A stretch of 36,412 bases of DNA from Gammaproteobacteria bacterium (GTDB lineage Bacteria; Pseudomonadota; Gammaproteobacteria; JAQSXL01): positions 1-36,412 of the forward strand of contig JAQSXL010000003.1 of the NCBI GenBank assembly GCA_029256685.1, in the 5' to 3' direction. Below, piece after piece: positions 26,412 through 34,770 of this stretch. Every line of letters begins with the position of its first letter. The first letter of the stretch is position 1. The position numbers were made by a program, and so were the translations under genes. The notes beneath the pieces were generated by a model, which ran no database searches, was not told the DNA's origin, and was given only the letters and a program-made list of their open reading frames with translations.

Positions 26412-28850
26412 ATGCCAAATCCAAAAGGTAATTTTGATAGTTATGACGGACTAGCTAAACATACGCATAATCCTAATAAATTATATGCGCCTACTATAGC
26501 GCCTTCACAGTCTGAAGTTCATGCAATACAAAAAACCGATCTTTCATCTGAACCTGCCGATCCGCCAGGCTGGGAGGCAATGCAAAGAAATGCTAATCCA
26601 ATTAATCTACAAGGTAACTATAAACTTTATTTTGATTTGTCTGAAAGTAGCATCGACAATCACACCCTGACTCGGATGCATAGCATCAACTCTTGGTTAG
26701 GTTACAATACTAACCGTTCAGACAATATGTTTCTGGGTAGGGCAAGCTACAATGACCAGCATAGTGACGCCATAGAGCAGGGTAATAAAATTTATTTGGA
26801 TCAGAGGGGATTTGGGAAATATAGCGCAGGTAAAGGGCTGAATGAAAGTTTAACCAGCACGGAAATGATATATAAAGACGGCATGGGTGATTATTGGTTG
26901 TACGCAAAAACCAATGCCCATGCTTTTCCGGATGAATTTTTAGAAAAAACTCCTCGTACGCTTTTTGGCCCGCCAGGGGGAGCTGTAATCGCTCCCGCTG
27001 CATTTGCCTTAGATGATGTAATGGGTGGGCAGCTCGAAACGAGGATGGATAATCAACTGGATGCACTACAGCAAGAACTTAACTTAGCTGATACTAGTCT
27101 AAAAAGTTTTCAAACCAAAGCCTTGGAATTGCAATTACAACTGCAACCCGTTATCAGCAATTTAGTTAAAGCGATACCCAATAGTGCTGATCCGCAAGTT
27201 CAAGCCCTGCATAATTTAAAAACCAGTTTAACTAACTCATCTAAAAAACAGGTTGAACTCGAGGCGGTACGGCAGCACTTCTTAAATGATTTAGCAACAA
27301 ATTATGTTGGAGTTATTGCTACTGATTTAGATGATCAGCCATTACAGCAACAATTGATAAATCAGTTAAAAGCAGATATACCCTTAGCATTTAATGCTAA
27401 TTGGGGAGCCATTCAAACAGGATTTGATGCAGGTGCGACAACGAACGCATTAGATCAGTCACTAGCTCTGCACAATTTAACTGATACGATTGACCCTAAT
27501 ACCGCTATTGATATTAATACTATGTTAACTAAACCTAGTATAACATTAGGAGATAGAATAAATGTTGCTAATAACGTGCCAGGTGCATTGCCTAGCAGAT
27601 TAGCTCCTCTTCCAAATATGCTGGACGTGCTGCGGCAGAATCATAATCATATGGCCGGTCAACCTACTCAAGCAGCAGCCGGTGTTTTAACCGGTCAGAA
27701 CTTTGATACTGCACTTAATCCGCTTCCTGGTGGCTATGTTACTGATGTTGAGGATCATACAAAATCAGGCTTATATAAATATCATTATAATGATATTTAT
27801 GATCATATAACCCATAATCCTTATCTTGCTTATCAGGATATTACTATTAGCTATAAAGATCAGTATGATAAATACTATAATATGTTTTATAATAATGTGC
27901 CACCTGATGCTAATCATGTTAATAATAGTATGCAATTTGCTTATGACAATGGTAGAGATGCTGCTAGTAAGGATTATGCTAATGATAGTGCAAATGCTGA
28001 ATATGCAGCTTCCGCTCAAAAAGCTCTTGCTCAGGCTAAACCAGGTGCAGTAGAACAGATTGGCTTAGATAAGGCCACTACGGATTTACCAACGTTTACA
28101 GCGTCTATTAGCCCTATGCTATCAACCATACTTAGACAGGGAAATAGTGCCGATGGCGGTAATGACTCCTACGTTTATAAGAATGCCCTAAATATCGTTT
28201 CAACTGGGCTTGGTAGAGCAGCAGATACAGGGCAAGGCAGTACTAGTTTTAAAGCAGTGGCTAAGAACATTGTTGCGCCACAGCTTCAAACAGCCATTTC
28301 TGCAGACTTACCTCGATTAACGAAAATATTTAACCAGCAAAAGCTTGTAGAAGATGCTATTGCTGTTCATGAAAGAGTGGGTGAGCTAAAGCATCATCAG
28401 AATAATGGTACGATTGCAACGTTAAATTATCATAAATCTAAAATAAATGAGCCCGTATTTAACAGGACATTTGTGTTAGATTATGATATGAACGTGACTT
28501 ATGGGATGCCGGATCATTCAGGTGCTTTTAAACATGAAGTCAATACTGAATTTAATAATTTGACAGGCAATAATATTCCTGGAACTTCCAACTACCAAAA
28601 TGAGATAGACGATGCGTTCAGTGCTTTTAGAGATATGTATGCCACTAGAATCAAAGCCAGATCTGAGCTTTGGAAACCCAATTTAGCAACCATTAATATT
28701 GGCGAAGCTAGACCTGCACGAAGTATTGATTGGCAAATGGAAGAGGGTGATAGGCCGGAAATAGATGCACCTACTCATAAAGTCAACATGCAAATCAAGC
28801 AAGGTAATACGGTAAAAAAATTATGGCCTAACATAGAATTATTTTTATAA
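26412..28850 (+). CDS. Putative eCIS cargo toxin; His-Me-finger nuclease core with a ~500-aa insertion
   Basis: TRMHSINSWL..NMFLGRASYNDQHSDAIE and GKGLNESLTSTEMIYKDGMGDYWL align with 7881..9359. FVLDYDMNVTY and DMYATRIK lie near the C-terminus. Confidence 0.62.
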   Translation: MPNPKGNFDSYDGLAKHTHNPNKLYAPTIAPSQSEVHAIQKTDLSSEPADPPGWEAMQRNANPINLQGNYKLYFDLSESSIDNHTLTRMHSINSWLGYNTNRSDNMFLGRASYNDQHSDAIEQGNKIYLDQRGFGKYSAGKGLNESLTSTEMIYKDGMGDYWLYAKTNAHAFPDEFLEKTPRTLFGPPGGAVIAPAAFALDDVMGGQLETRMDNQLDALQQELNLADTSLKSFQTKALELQLQLQPVISNLVKAIPNSADPQVQALHNLKTSLTNSSKKQVELEAVRQHFLNDLATNYVGVIATDLDDQPLQQQLINQLKADIPLAFNANWGAIQTGFDAGATTNALDQSLALHNLTDTIDPNTAIDINTMLTKPSITLGDRINVANNVPGALPSRLAPLPNMLDVLRQNHNHMAGQPTQAAAGVLTGQNFDTALNPLPGGYVTDVEDHTKSGLYKYHYNDIYDHITHNPYLAYQDITISYKDQYDKYYNMFYNNVPPDANHVNNSMQFAYDNGRDAASKDYANDSANAEYAASAQKALAQAKPGAVEQIGLDKATTDLPTFTASISPMLSTILRQGNSADGGNDSYVYKNALNIVSTGLGRAADTGQGSTSFKAVAKNIVAPQLQTAISADLPRLTKIFNQQKLVEDAIAVHERVGELKHHQNNGTIATLNYHKSKINEPVFNRTFVLDYDMNVTYGMPDHSGAFKHEVNTEFNNLTGNNIPGTSNYQNEIDDAFSAFRDMYATRIKARSELWKPNLATINIGEARPARSIDWQMEEGDRPEIDAPTHKVNMQIKQGNTVKKLWPNIELFL

Positions 28851-28977
28851 CAATTAATTGTTGAATAGCGATTGGTAGTATAGATGGTTTTTTGCTTGAG
28901 GAGAATGGCCTGTAGAGCTCTCCTCGGCCTCATTAACCTACCTGTTGCAATTTCAGTTGGACCAGCCGCTTGTAGAT

Positions 28978-30759
28978 TTACGGCCTCATTTCTGAAAAAA
29001 CTTCGGAAGGTTTAGGAGCATAAGACTCGGAGAATAGGTTGCGACTTTGTTCTGATAATAGACTTAAAAGTTCATTTGCAGTGGCTTCTTTACTTACCCC
29101 AAAGTTATTATTAAATAATGAACCGTGGCAAAAATTCTTTGCGGTAATAGCCGCTAGACGTTCATGCTCGGGATACAAAGCGACTATCATTTTGACTAAG
29201 CTTAAATTGCCTGAATAGGCGGCGCAGCCTAGTAAATTCATTCCAGAGCATTCTTCCAGTTTTATTAATGTTTGCTGTTCCTGCTCAGGATAAAGAGCCA
29301 ATAGCATTTTTACTGACGCTATATCACCGGCATAGGCGGCACCATGTAACATATTAGCACCACTGCCATTTGGCTGTTTTACAATTGTAGGATATTCGTG
29401 TTGAGGATAAAAAGCTAATAGGAACTTAATCGAAACTGATTTGCCTGCGTAAGCAGCCTGATGTAATACGGTGCCATGGTGATTATCCTGTTTATTAATG
29501 GCTATTAAGCGTTCTTGCTCAGGATAAAGATTTAATAAATAATCCAACATTTCGACATCAGCAAAGAGAGCGGCATGGTGCAATACCGTGCTAGCATAGT
29601 AATCTTGGGCTCTTAATGCGCTCAGCCGTTCTTCGTATGGATAAAGGGCAAGCAAGGTTTTTAATAGCGCTATATTACCTGAGCGGGCGGCCATATGCAA
29701 AACGGTGCGAAGATTAGCGTCTTTTTGGTTTAGAGCAAACAAACGCCAGTCCTCTGGATATAAATTTAAAAGTAGCGCCATTAACTCACTATTACCTTGT
29801 TCTGCAATCACATGGAGTATAGTATCAGGCCCGTCATTGGCTTGATATAACACGTGAAAACGTTGTTGTTCAGGGTAAAAGTCTAAAATGGTTTTTACCA
29901 TTTGCGGATTTCGTGAGCTGGCAGCTCCATATAGCACTGTTTTACGTCTTTCGCTATATTCTTCATCTTCATCGAACTCGCCAAGTGCCGCCATACGTTG
30001 TGATTCTGGATATAAATTTAGGATGAATTTCAATAGATCGACATTACCCGAGTAAGCGGCCGCGTATAATAACGCATTGACATTATTGCGCTTTTCTTGA
30101 ATTGCCGACAAGTGTTCTGCTTGAGGATAGATATTCAGTATGGTTTTTACCAACGCTATATTACCCGAGTAAGCCGCTGCATTTAATACGGTATCACCGT
30201 TTGTATCTTTTTCTTTGATTACGGTCACATGCTCTCTTTGGGGATAAAGGGACAATATGCATAGGAAAGATTTTAAATTGCCTAAGTTAGCTGCCGTATG
30301 TAATAAACTAATACCCTTTGTCTTAGAGTCTGCAAGTATTGTTAAGCGTTCCTGTATGGGAATAGCCCTTAGCATTTTTGCTAACATAACTTCGTGGTCG
30401 CCTATTACTGCATCAGTTAAACCTGCTTTAGCTGAGTTGATGGCAAGGTGATTTGGCCTATCAAGCCATAGTTTTAACCGCTGATTGCGTATCACGCTTC
30501 GATAAAACAGTTTCATGGCGGTTAAGCGTTGCTGATTTGCTAATGCTTTATCGCTAGAAACAGTATTTTCCGGCCATTCTTGTAGGCAAGTTAATTCATT
30601 TTCTATTAATATACGCAAGCTTTCATCATCTATGCGCATACACTTAGCGGTCTGATCAAGCGCTGCTAGACTTTTGGCATCTAAGTAACCACTGCTTTGC
30701 AGTATTCCCTGTTTACGAGGGGAAAATAACAGCAAATTCTTATGATAGGTGGATAACAT
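28978..30759 (-). CDS. Ankyrin-repeat protein (about 11 repeats of ~39 aa); eukaryote-like effector candidate
   Basis: Repeats of the form TVLHxAAxSGNxxxxKxLLxLYPExERLxAL. Likely start is ATG 30759 (the ORF track extends to TTG 30822). N-terminal YLDAKSLAALDQTAK weakly resembles an F-box half. Confidence 0.88.
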   Translation of the reverse strand: MLSTYHKNLLLFSPRKQGILQSSGYLDAKSLAALDQTAKCMRIDDESLRILIENELTCLQEWPENTVSSDKALANQQRLTAMKLFYRSVIRNQRLKLWLDRPNHLAINSAKAGLTDAVIGDHEVMLAKMLRAIPIQERLTILADSKTKGISLLHTAANLGNLKSFLCILSLYPQREHVTVIKEKDTNGDTVLNAAAYSGNIALVKTILNIYPQAEHLSAIQEKRNNVNALLYAAAYSGNVDLLKFILNLYPESQRMAALGEFDEDEEYSERRKTVLYGAASSRNPQMVKTILDFYPEQQRFHVLYQANDGPDTILHVIAEQGNSELMALLLNLYPEDWRLFALNQKDANLRTVLHMAARSGNIALLKTLLALYPYEERLSALRAQDYYASTVLHHAALFADVEMLDYLLNLYPEQERLIAINKQDNHHGTVLHQAAYAGKSVSIKFLLAFYPQHEYPTIVKQPNGSGANMLHGAAYAGDIASVKMLLALYPEQEQQTLIKLEECSGMNLLGCAAYSGNLSLVKMIVALYPEHERLAAITAKNFCHGSLFNNNFGVSKEATANELLSLLSEQSRNLFSESYAPKPSEVFSEMRP

Positions 30760-31149
30760 AACTCCAACGCGCTTATTTAAAAACCAAATATATATTATGG
30801 TAAAATCCAAAAGTGCTGTCAATACAGTAGGATAACCCCGTTAAGAACAAATGAACTGTCCTAAATAGTAGCAAATAAATTGTCCGGAATTTAGAGTCCA
30901 TCTAATCGGCTTCTTCTGTGCAAATGATTCTAGCCAAAGAGATAGATGAGAAAGCTGACTTAAACGGCAGAATGACACTGAGCTAATCAGATTATGCTTA
31001 AAGAATTGCGGCAGTTAACATATGCTGCGTAAGGTGAGCTTTTCAGCAGTGGGATGCTATTACCTTACAGGCGTATTGTGCCTAAAAATTGAGCGCTTAT
31101 CTTTATTAAAATAAATATTACCTTATCGGATTTAAGTTGACGGTGCCTA

Positions 31150-31437
31150 TTATGGTAGCTTGTCAGGCCATAGCATAGCACCATGAAAAACTCTTAATAT
31201 TTCAACTACATTACCCCTTACCTGATACGGGATAATAAAGGGTGTGCCTGTAATCACCAGTTCTCTTGTTTGAGGTACACGACCCGGCCGCCCTAAACCT
31301 GGTTGCTCTGCTAATAAGCTCACCGCCTCTATAATCCGTTCAGCAATGCTTTGGGCTGCATAGGGATTATTCTCTGCAATATAATGGCGTAACTGATGTA
31401 AATCCTGAGCAGCATCATCCAGCCACTTAATGATCAT
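31150..31437 (-). CDS. parE: Type II TA toxin, RelE/ParE family
   Basis: IKWLDDAAQDL..YIAENNPYAA..LAEQPGLGRPGRVPQTRELV..PFIIPY..VEILRVFH. Overlaps the antitoxin gene by 4 nt. Confidence 0.92.
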   Translation of the reverse strand: MIIKWLDDAAQDLHQLRHYIAENNPYAAQSIAERIIEAVSLLAEQPGLGRPGRVPQTRELVITGTPFIIPYQVRGNVVEILRVFHGAMLWPDKLP

Positions 31438-31718
31438 TTAGGTGGTTCCTGCTCATTTGAAGTTCCCCAACTCGCTAGCCAGTTTGTTATATCTTCATGA
31501 CTATAAAAGGTAGCTTTTCCACTATTGGTTTTAGCAACAGCTTCTTTAATAGCTTTAATTTGCCATACTTGATTTGCCAAATAATTTTCAATAGCTTCAG
31601 CCGCTAGAAATGACTTGGTACGATCTGTTGCCGTTGCTAATTCTGTCAATTGCTCCATTGTTTCTTCAGGTATGCGTATGCTTAACGGAACGGTAGAGTG
31701 TGAATGTGTTCTAGCCAT
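31434..31718 (-). CDS. Ribbon-helix-helix (CopG-like) antitoxin
   Basis: LSIRIPEETMEQLTELATATDRTKSFLAAEAIENYL..WQIKAIKEA..WLASWG, directly upstream of the toxin. Confidence 0.9.
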   Translation of the reverse strand: MARTHSHSTVPLSIRIPEETMEQLTELATATDRTKSFLAAEAIENYLANQVWQIKAIKEAVAKTNSGKATFYSHEDITNWLASWGTSNEQEPPK

Positions 31719-31742
31719 TTTAAAACCCTTACATTGTATTCT

Positions 31743-31760
31743 TTGTATACAAGTATATAC
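31743..31760. promoter_or_regulatory. Candidate TA operator palindromes
   Basis: TTGTATACAA and GTATATAC are adjacent palindromes ~25-40 bp upstream of the antitoxin start. Confidence 0.45.
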
Positions 31761-31869
31761 GAAAAGATAGCTTTAGCAAATTAAGGCGCTTACCAGATGA
31801 GGATTGCTAGCTTGATCACCTTGGCATAAACTCCGGCAGATTATGAAAAAAGGTATTACCAATAACAAG

Positions 31870-32329
31870 ATGTTTCTCTTTAAGCCGTCTATAAAACCGT
31901 TGCAAAATCAATCATTTGCTGTTCGCTGATAGCGGCCGAGGAAAAATAAGTTACGTACTTGGCCAAAGACGGCTAAAAAACGCTAAGCCTGTTGCGGCGA
32001 CTTGAACTTGCGCATCTGCTTTTCACGTTGCCTGGTCGGTTGATGTGAATTCTCAGCACGGTTATTTAAGCCTTTATGGGTTCGATGTTCCACCGCTGTT
32101 AAACAGACTTTTTTCGCTTTGCGATAGCTGGCTAGCTTATCTATTATTATCACCCGGGGCCAAATTTAACCGCTCAAGAACGGATACTTTCATAGCTTAC
32201 GCTAATGCCTCGTTGCAGTAACAGCTCAGAAACCTCTCATAAACTTAAGGTAAAGCAGTAATACAGCCAGATAGCATGACTAATAATGGCATCCAGATAA
32301 CGATGATGTTTATAAGTTGGATACAGCAT
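31870..32329 (-). mobile_element. IS6-family transposase pseudogene (stop codons, large internal deletion)
   Basis: The minus strand reads MLYPTYKHHRYLDAIISHAIWLYYCFTLSL*EVSELLLQRGISVSYESIRS*AVKFGP, then jumps to IIDKLASYRKAKK..EHRTHKGLNNRAENSHQPTRQREKQMRKFKSPQQA*RFL. The 3' boundary is approximate. Confidence 0.88.
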
Positions 32330-32458
32330 ACTAAATCCATCAGGTTCAATAACCGCTAGTTATTCCATTTTGGATTGTACATACCAGTTAACTTGCCGGT
32401 GCCGGGAAACGAACCAGGTACTTTTCAAGCCTTGATAGGCTAATAAATAACCTATTAT

Positions 32459-33406
32459 TCAAGCATGTCGAATAAGATGCAGATAACGAATGGTGGTTTT
32501 TAAATCATCATGGCCAAAGTTTTGCTGAATAAAGGTAATGGGTACATTGTTATTGAGCAAGAGACTTGCGGCGGTGTGTCTTAGTGTATGGCCGCCCCTG
32601 CGCTCTGTGTTGACCTCGGCTTGTGTTAAGTAATGTGAGATTTGCTGATAGACTAAGCGGGTGGTCATGGGTTTACCTCGGTTCGTGATAAAAAGGTAAG
32701 GCGAGATGGTTTTTAATTTATTGAGTTGGGTTTCACGTTTTAATTGGTAAGCAGGATAGGTTGTTTCACACAATGACGTACTATGAAATTTCACCAGACG
32801 TTCTTTATTGCCTTTGCCTAAAACAATAAAATACTTTTGCTCAAAATGAAACTGCTCGACTTTGAGCCGTGTGATTTCTTCCGTACGAATACCGGTGGCT
32901 AAAATGAGGGTGATTAAGAAGGCGTCTCGGACTTGGTTAAAGTTCTCACCCGGCATAATACAATCACTCAGGCGGTCAAGCTCGGCGAGGGATAAAACCG
33001 AAGGTAGTCGAACAGGCTTTCTGCCGCCTCGTCCACCAAACTGCTTGCGCTCTTTTTCAGTAGCTTGATAATCCAACAGGGGATTATCTTGAGTGTAAGC
33101 ATTATCCATTGCCCAGGCAAAGAAAAGATTTAACGCCGCGGTACGAATGTTCATAGAATTGATAGCATATTTACTACCATCGGCTTTAAACTTAATAAAG
33201 CTGCGTAAAATAGCGCTATTCACTTCCCGTAGACTGATAATTTCCTGCTGTTGGCATTGTTGTAAGAATTGTCCAACCGTACGGACATACGCATCTAACG
33301 AGCGAGGCGAGTAGGGGTAGTCAAAATCATTGGCCATGAGCCATTGCTTAAAATGCTCAAAGAGTGCTTGATGTGTGCCTAATTGCGTAGGAGCATAGTC
33401 TTTCAT
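32459..33406 (-). CDS. Tyrosine recombinase/integrase (XerC/D-like fold)
   Basis: Complete catalytic set: TGIRTEE (R), GKGNKER (K), HTLRH, FGH and TTIRY. N-terminal SAM-like helical domain. Confidence 0.93.
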   Translation of the reverse strand: MKDYAPTQLGTHQALFEHFKQWLMANDFDYPYSPRSLDAYVRTVGQFLQQCQQQEIISLREVNSAILRSFIKFKADGSKYAINSMNIRTAALNLFFAWAMDNAYTQDNPLLDYQATEKERKQFGGRGGRKPVRLPSVLSLAELDRLSDCIMPGENFNQVRDAFLITLILATGIRTEEITRLKVEQFHFEQKYFIVLGKGNKERLVKFHSTSLCETTYPAYQLKRETQLNKLKTISPYLFITNRGKPMTTRLVYQQISHYLTQAEVNTERRGGHTLRHTAASLLLNNNVPITFIQQNFGHDDLKTTIRYLHLIRHA

Positions 33407-33433
33407 AATTAGCCATTTGCAATAAAAACACTG

Positions 33434-33466
33434 ATTATACCGCTAATGATAGCTTAGCGGTATAAT
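33434..33466. other. Putative recombination/autoregulatory site S1: perfect 13-bp inverted repeat with a 7-bp spacer
   Basis: ATTATACCGCTAA-TGATAGC-TTAGCGGTATAAT, 27 nt upstream of the recombinase ATG. Each arm contains TATAAT. Confidence 0.7.
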
Positions 33467-33603
33467 TGAGAAACAAATTTTTTATTCTCTTTAATAATGC
33501 CAATAACTTGTAGCGCTATATTGACATATATCATTTTGGCACTAGCATACCGATAAGAGATTTTTAGCATCTAATTGGACACATATTGAATAAATGAGTA
33601 TAG

Positions 33604-33631
33604 TTATTCGTAATTCGCGATTCGCGAATAA
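33604..33631. promoter_or_regulatory. Candidate operator palindrome of the AbiE-like operon
   Basis: TTATTCGTAATTCGCGATTCGCGAATAA is self-complementary at 22 of 28 positions and lies ~20 bp upstream of ATG 33653. Confidence 0.5.
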
Positions 33632-33652
33632 ATATACTATAGAGAAGCTTAT

Positions 33653-34213
33653 ATGCTGAAATCCCAAGATATTGTCATTGCTTTAAAACTATTTGCCATC
33701 AACCATAATAAATGGACGCAGAATCAACTTGCCACCTGGCTCTGCATTAGCATAGCTGAAGTGAATGCCGGTATTAAACGGTTGCTAAAATCTGGACTCT
33801 TAACATCTATCTATTTGCCAGAGGAGCCTGTAAAAGCGGCCAAACCTATGGTAAATAAAGTGGCGCTGCAAGAATTTTTATTGCATGGGATAAAATATGT
33901 TTTCCCTGCTGAGCTAGGTGAAATTACGCGCGGAATACCGACAAGTTATGCAGCGGCGATATTTCATCCTCATATTAATCAAGGACAGGATATGCCACCT
34001 GTTTGGCCCTATGAAGAAGGTAAACTGCGGGGACAGAGTTTTCTGCCCTTATATCCTTCCGTACCTAAATCGCTTACGCTTTATCCTGATGACTCTTTTT
34101 ACCATTTTTTAGTCTGTGTTGACGCAATGCGCTCAAGCACGAGCCGTGCGCGCGAACGTAAATTGGCTGAAGAAATTTTAACCGGTTATTTAAACGCCTA
34201 TGAATTCAAGTGA
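33653..34213 (+). CDS. Winged-HTH protein, putative antitoxin/regulator of a nucleotidyltransferase (AbiE-like type IV TA) pair
   Basis: LKSQDIVIALKL, HTH TQNQLATWLCISIAEVNAGIKRL, FLLHGIKYVFP, RGIPT, PPVWP, PLYPSVP and DAMR..RARER. Overlaps the downstream NTase gene. Confidence 0.65.
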   Translation: MLKSQDIVIALKLFAINHNKWTQNQLATWLCISIAEVNAGIKRLLKSGLLTSIYLPEEPVKAAKPMVNKVALQEFLLHGIKYVFPAELGEITRGIPTSYAAAIFHPHINQGQDMPPVWPYEEGKLRGQSFLPLYPSVPKSLTLYPDDSFYHFLVCVDAMRSSTSRARERKLAEEILTGYLNAYEFK

Positions 34214-34730
34214 AACCAACCGGCTTATTGTAAGTCTTATAGCAAGTCATCTGGGTGATTTATGCCAAGAAGTCGTGTTTGTGGGTGGTTGTGCGGCCAG
34301 CCTTCTTATCACGGATGAAGCGGCTCCCGAAGTACGCAGCACGACTGACGTTGATTGTATAGTCGATGTGATTTCTAAGCAGGATTATTATAAGTTAGAA
34401 AATAGATTGCGAGATAAAGGATTTTCACCCAGCAAAAATGTCATTTGCCGTTGGGAAATTGAAGGTGTTAAAGTGGATGTAATGCCGACAGACAGTAGTA
34501 TCTTAGGCTTTAGTAATCGCTGGTATAAAGCGGCTATTTTGCATGCTAATGAATTTAAGCTAACGCAGGACTTGACCATTCAATTAGTCGGTGCGCCTTA
34601 TTTTCTGGCAACTAAATATGAAGCATTTCTACACCGTGGCAAAGAAGATTATTATGCTAGTCACGATTTGGAAGATATTGTAGCGGTAACTGATGGTAGA
34701 GTAAATTACCATGCTAACTTATACATCTAA
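34200..34730 (+). CDS. Nucleotidyltransferase (AbiEii-like), probably C-terminally truncated
   Basis: VFVGGCAA, RSTTDVD, VDVMP, LGFSNRWY, FLATKYEAF and SHDLEDIV. The protein stops shortly after DGR, and its stop codon lies inside site S2. Confidence 0.72.
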   Translation: MNSSETNRLIVSLIASHLGDLCQEVVFVGGCAASLLITDEAAPEVRSTTDVDCIVDVISKQDYYKLENRLRDKGFSPSKNVICRWEIEGVKVDVMPTDSSILGFSNRWYKAAILHANEFKLTQDLTIQLVGAPYFLATKYEAFLHRGKEDYYASHDLEDIVAVTDGRVNYHANLYI

Positions 34731-34750
34731 TAGCTACTTAGCGGTATAAT
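34718..34750. other. Putative recombination site S2 (13-7-13), second copy of S1
   Basis: CTTATACATCTAA-TAGCTAC-TTAGCGGTATAAT. The right arm is identical to S1, the left arm matches 10/13, and the spacer is again 7 bp. Confidence 0.68.
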
Positions 34751-34770
34751 TTAACACCTGCTGTTAACTA

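Noticed and set aside
27771-28053. Ile/Met-rich ORFs on both strands
   Set aside because: Artefacts of NNT codon bias in the real frame.
30853-30905. TGAACTGTCCTAAA ... TGTCCGGAATTTAGAGTCCA resembling IS3-family ends
   Set aside because: Too short and degenerate, with no transposase sequence or target duplication.
32459-33406. Housekeeping XerC/XerD or integron integrase
   Set aside because: The context is mobile, there is no obvious IntI-specific insertion or attC hairpin, and the site arms do not match the canonical dif sequence.
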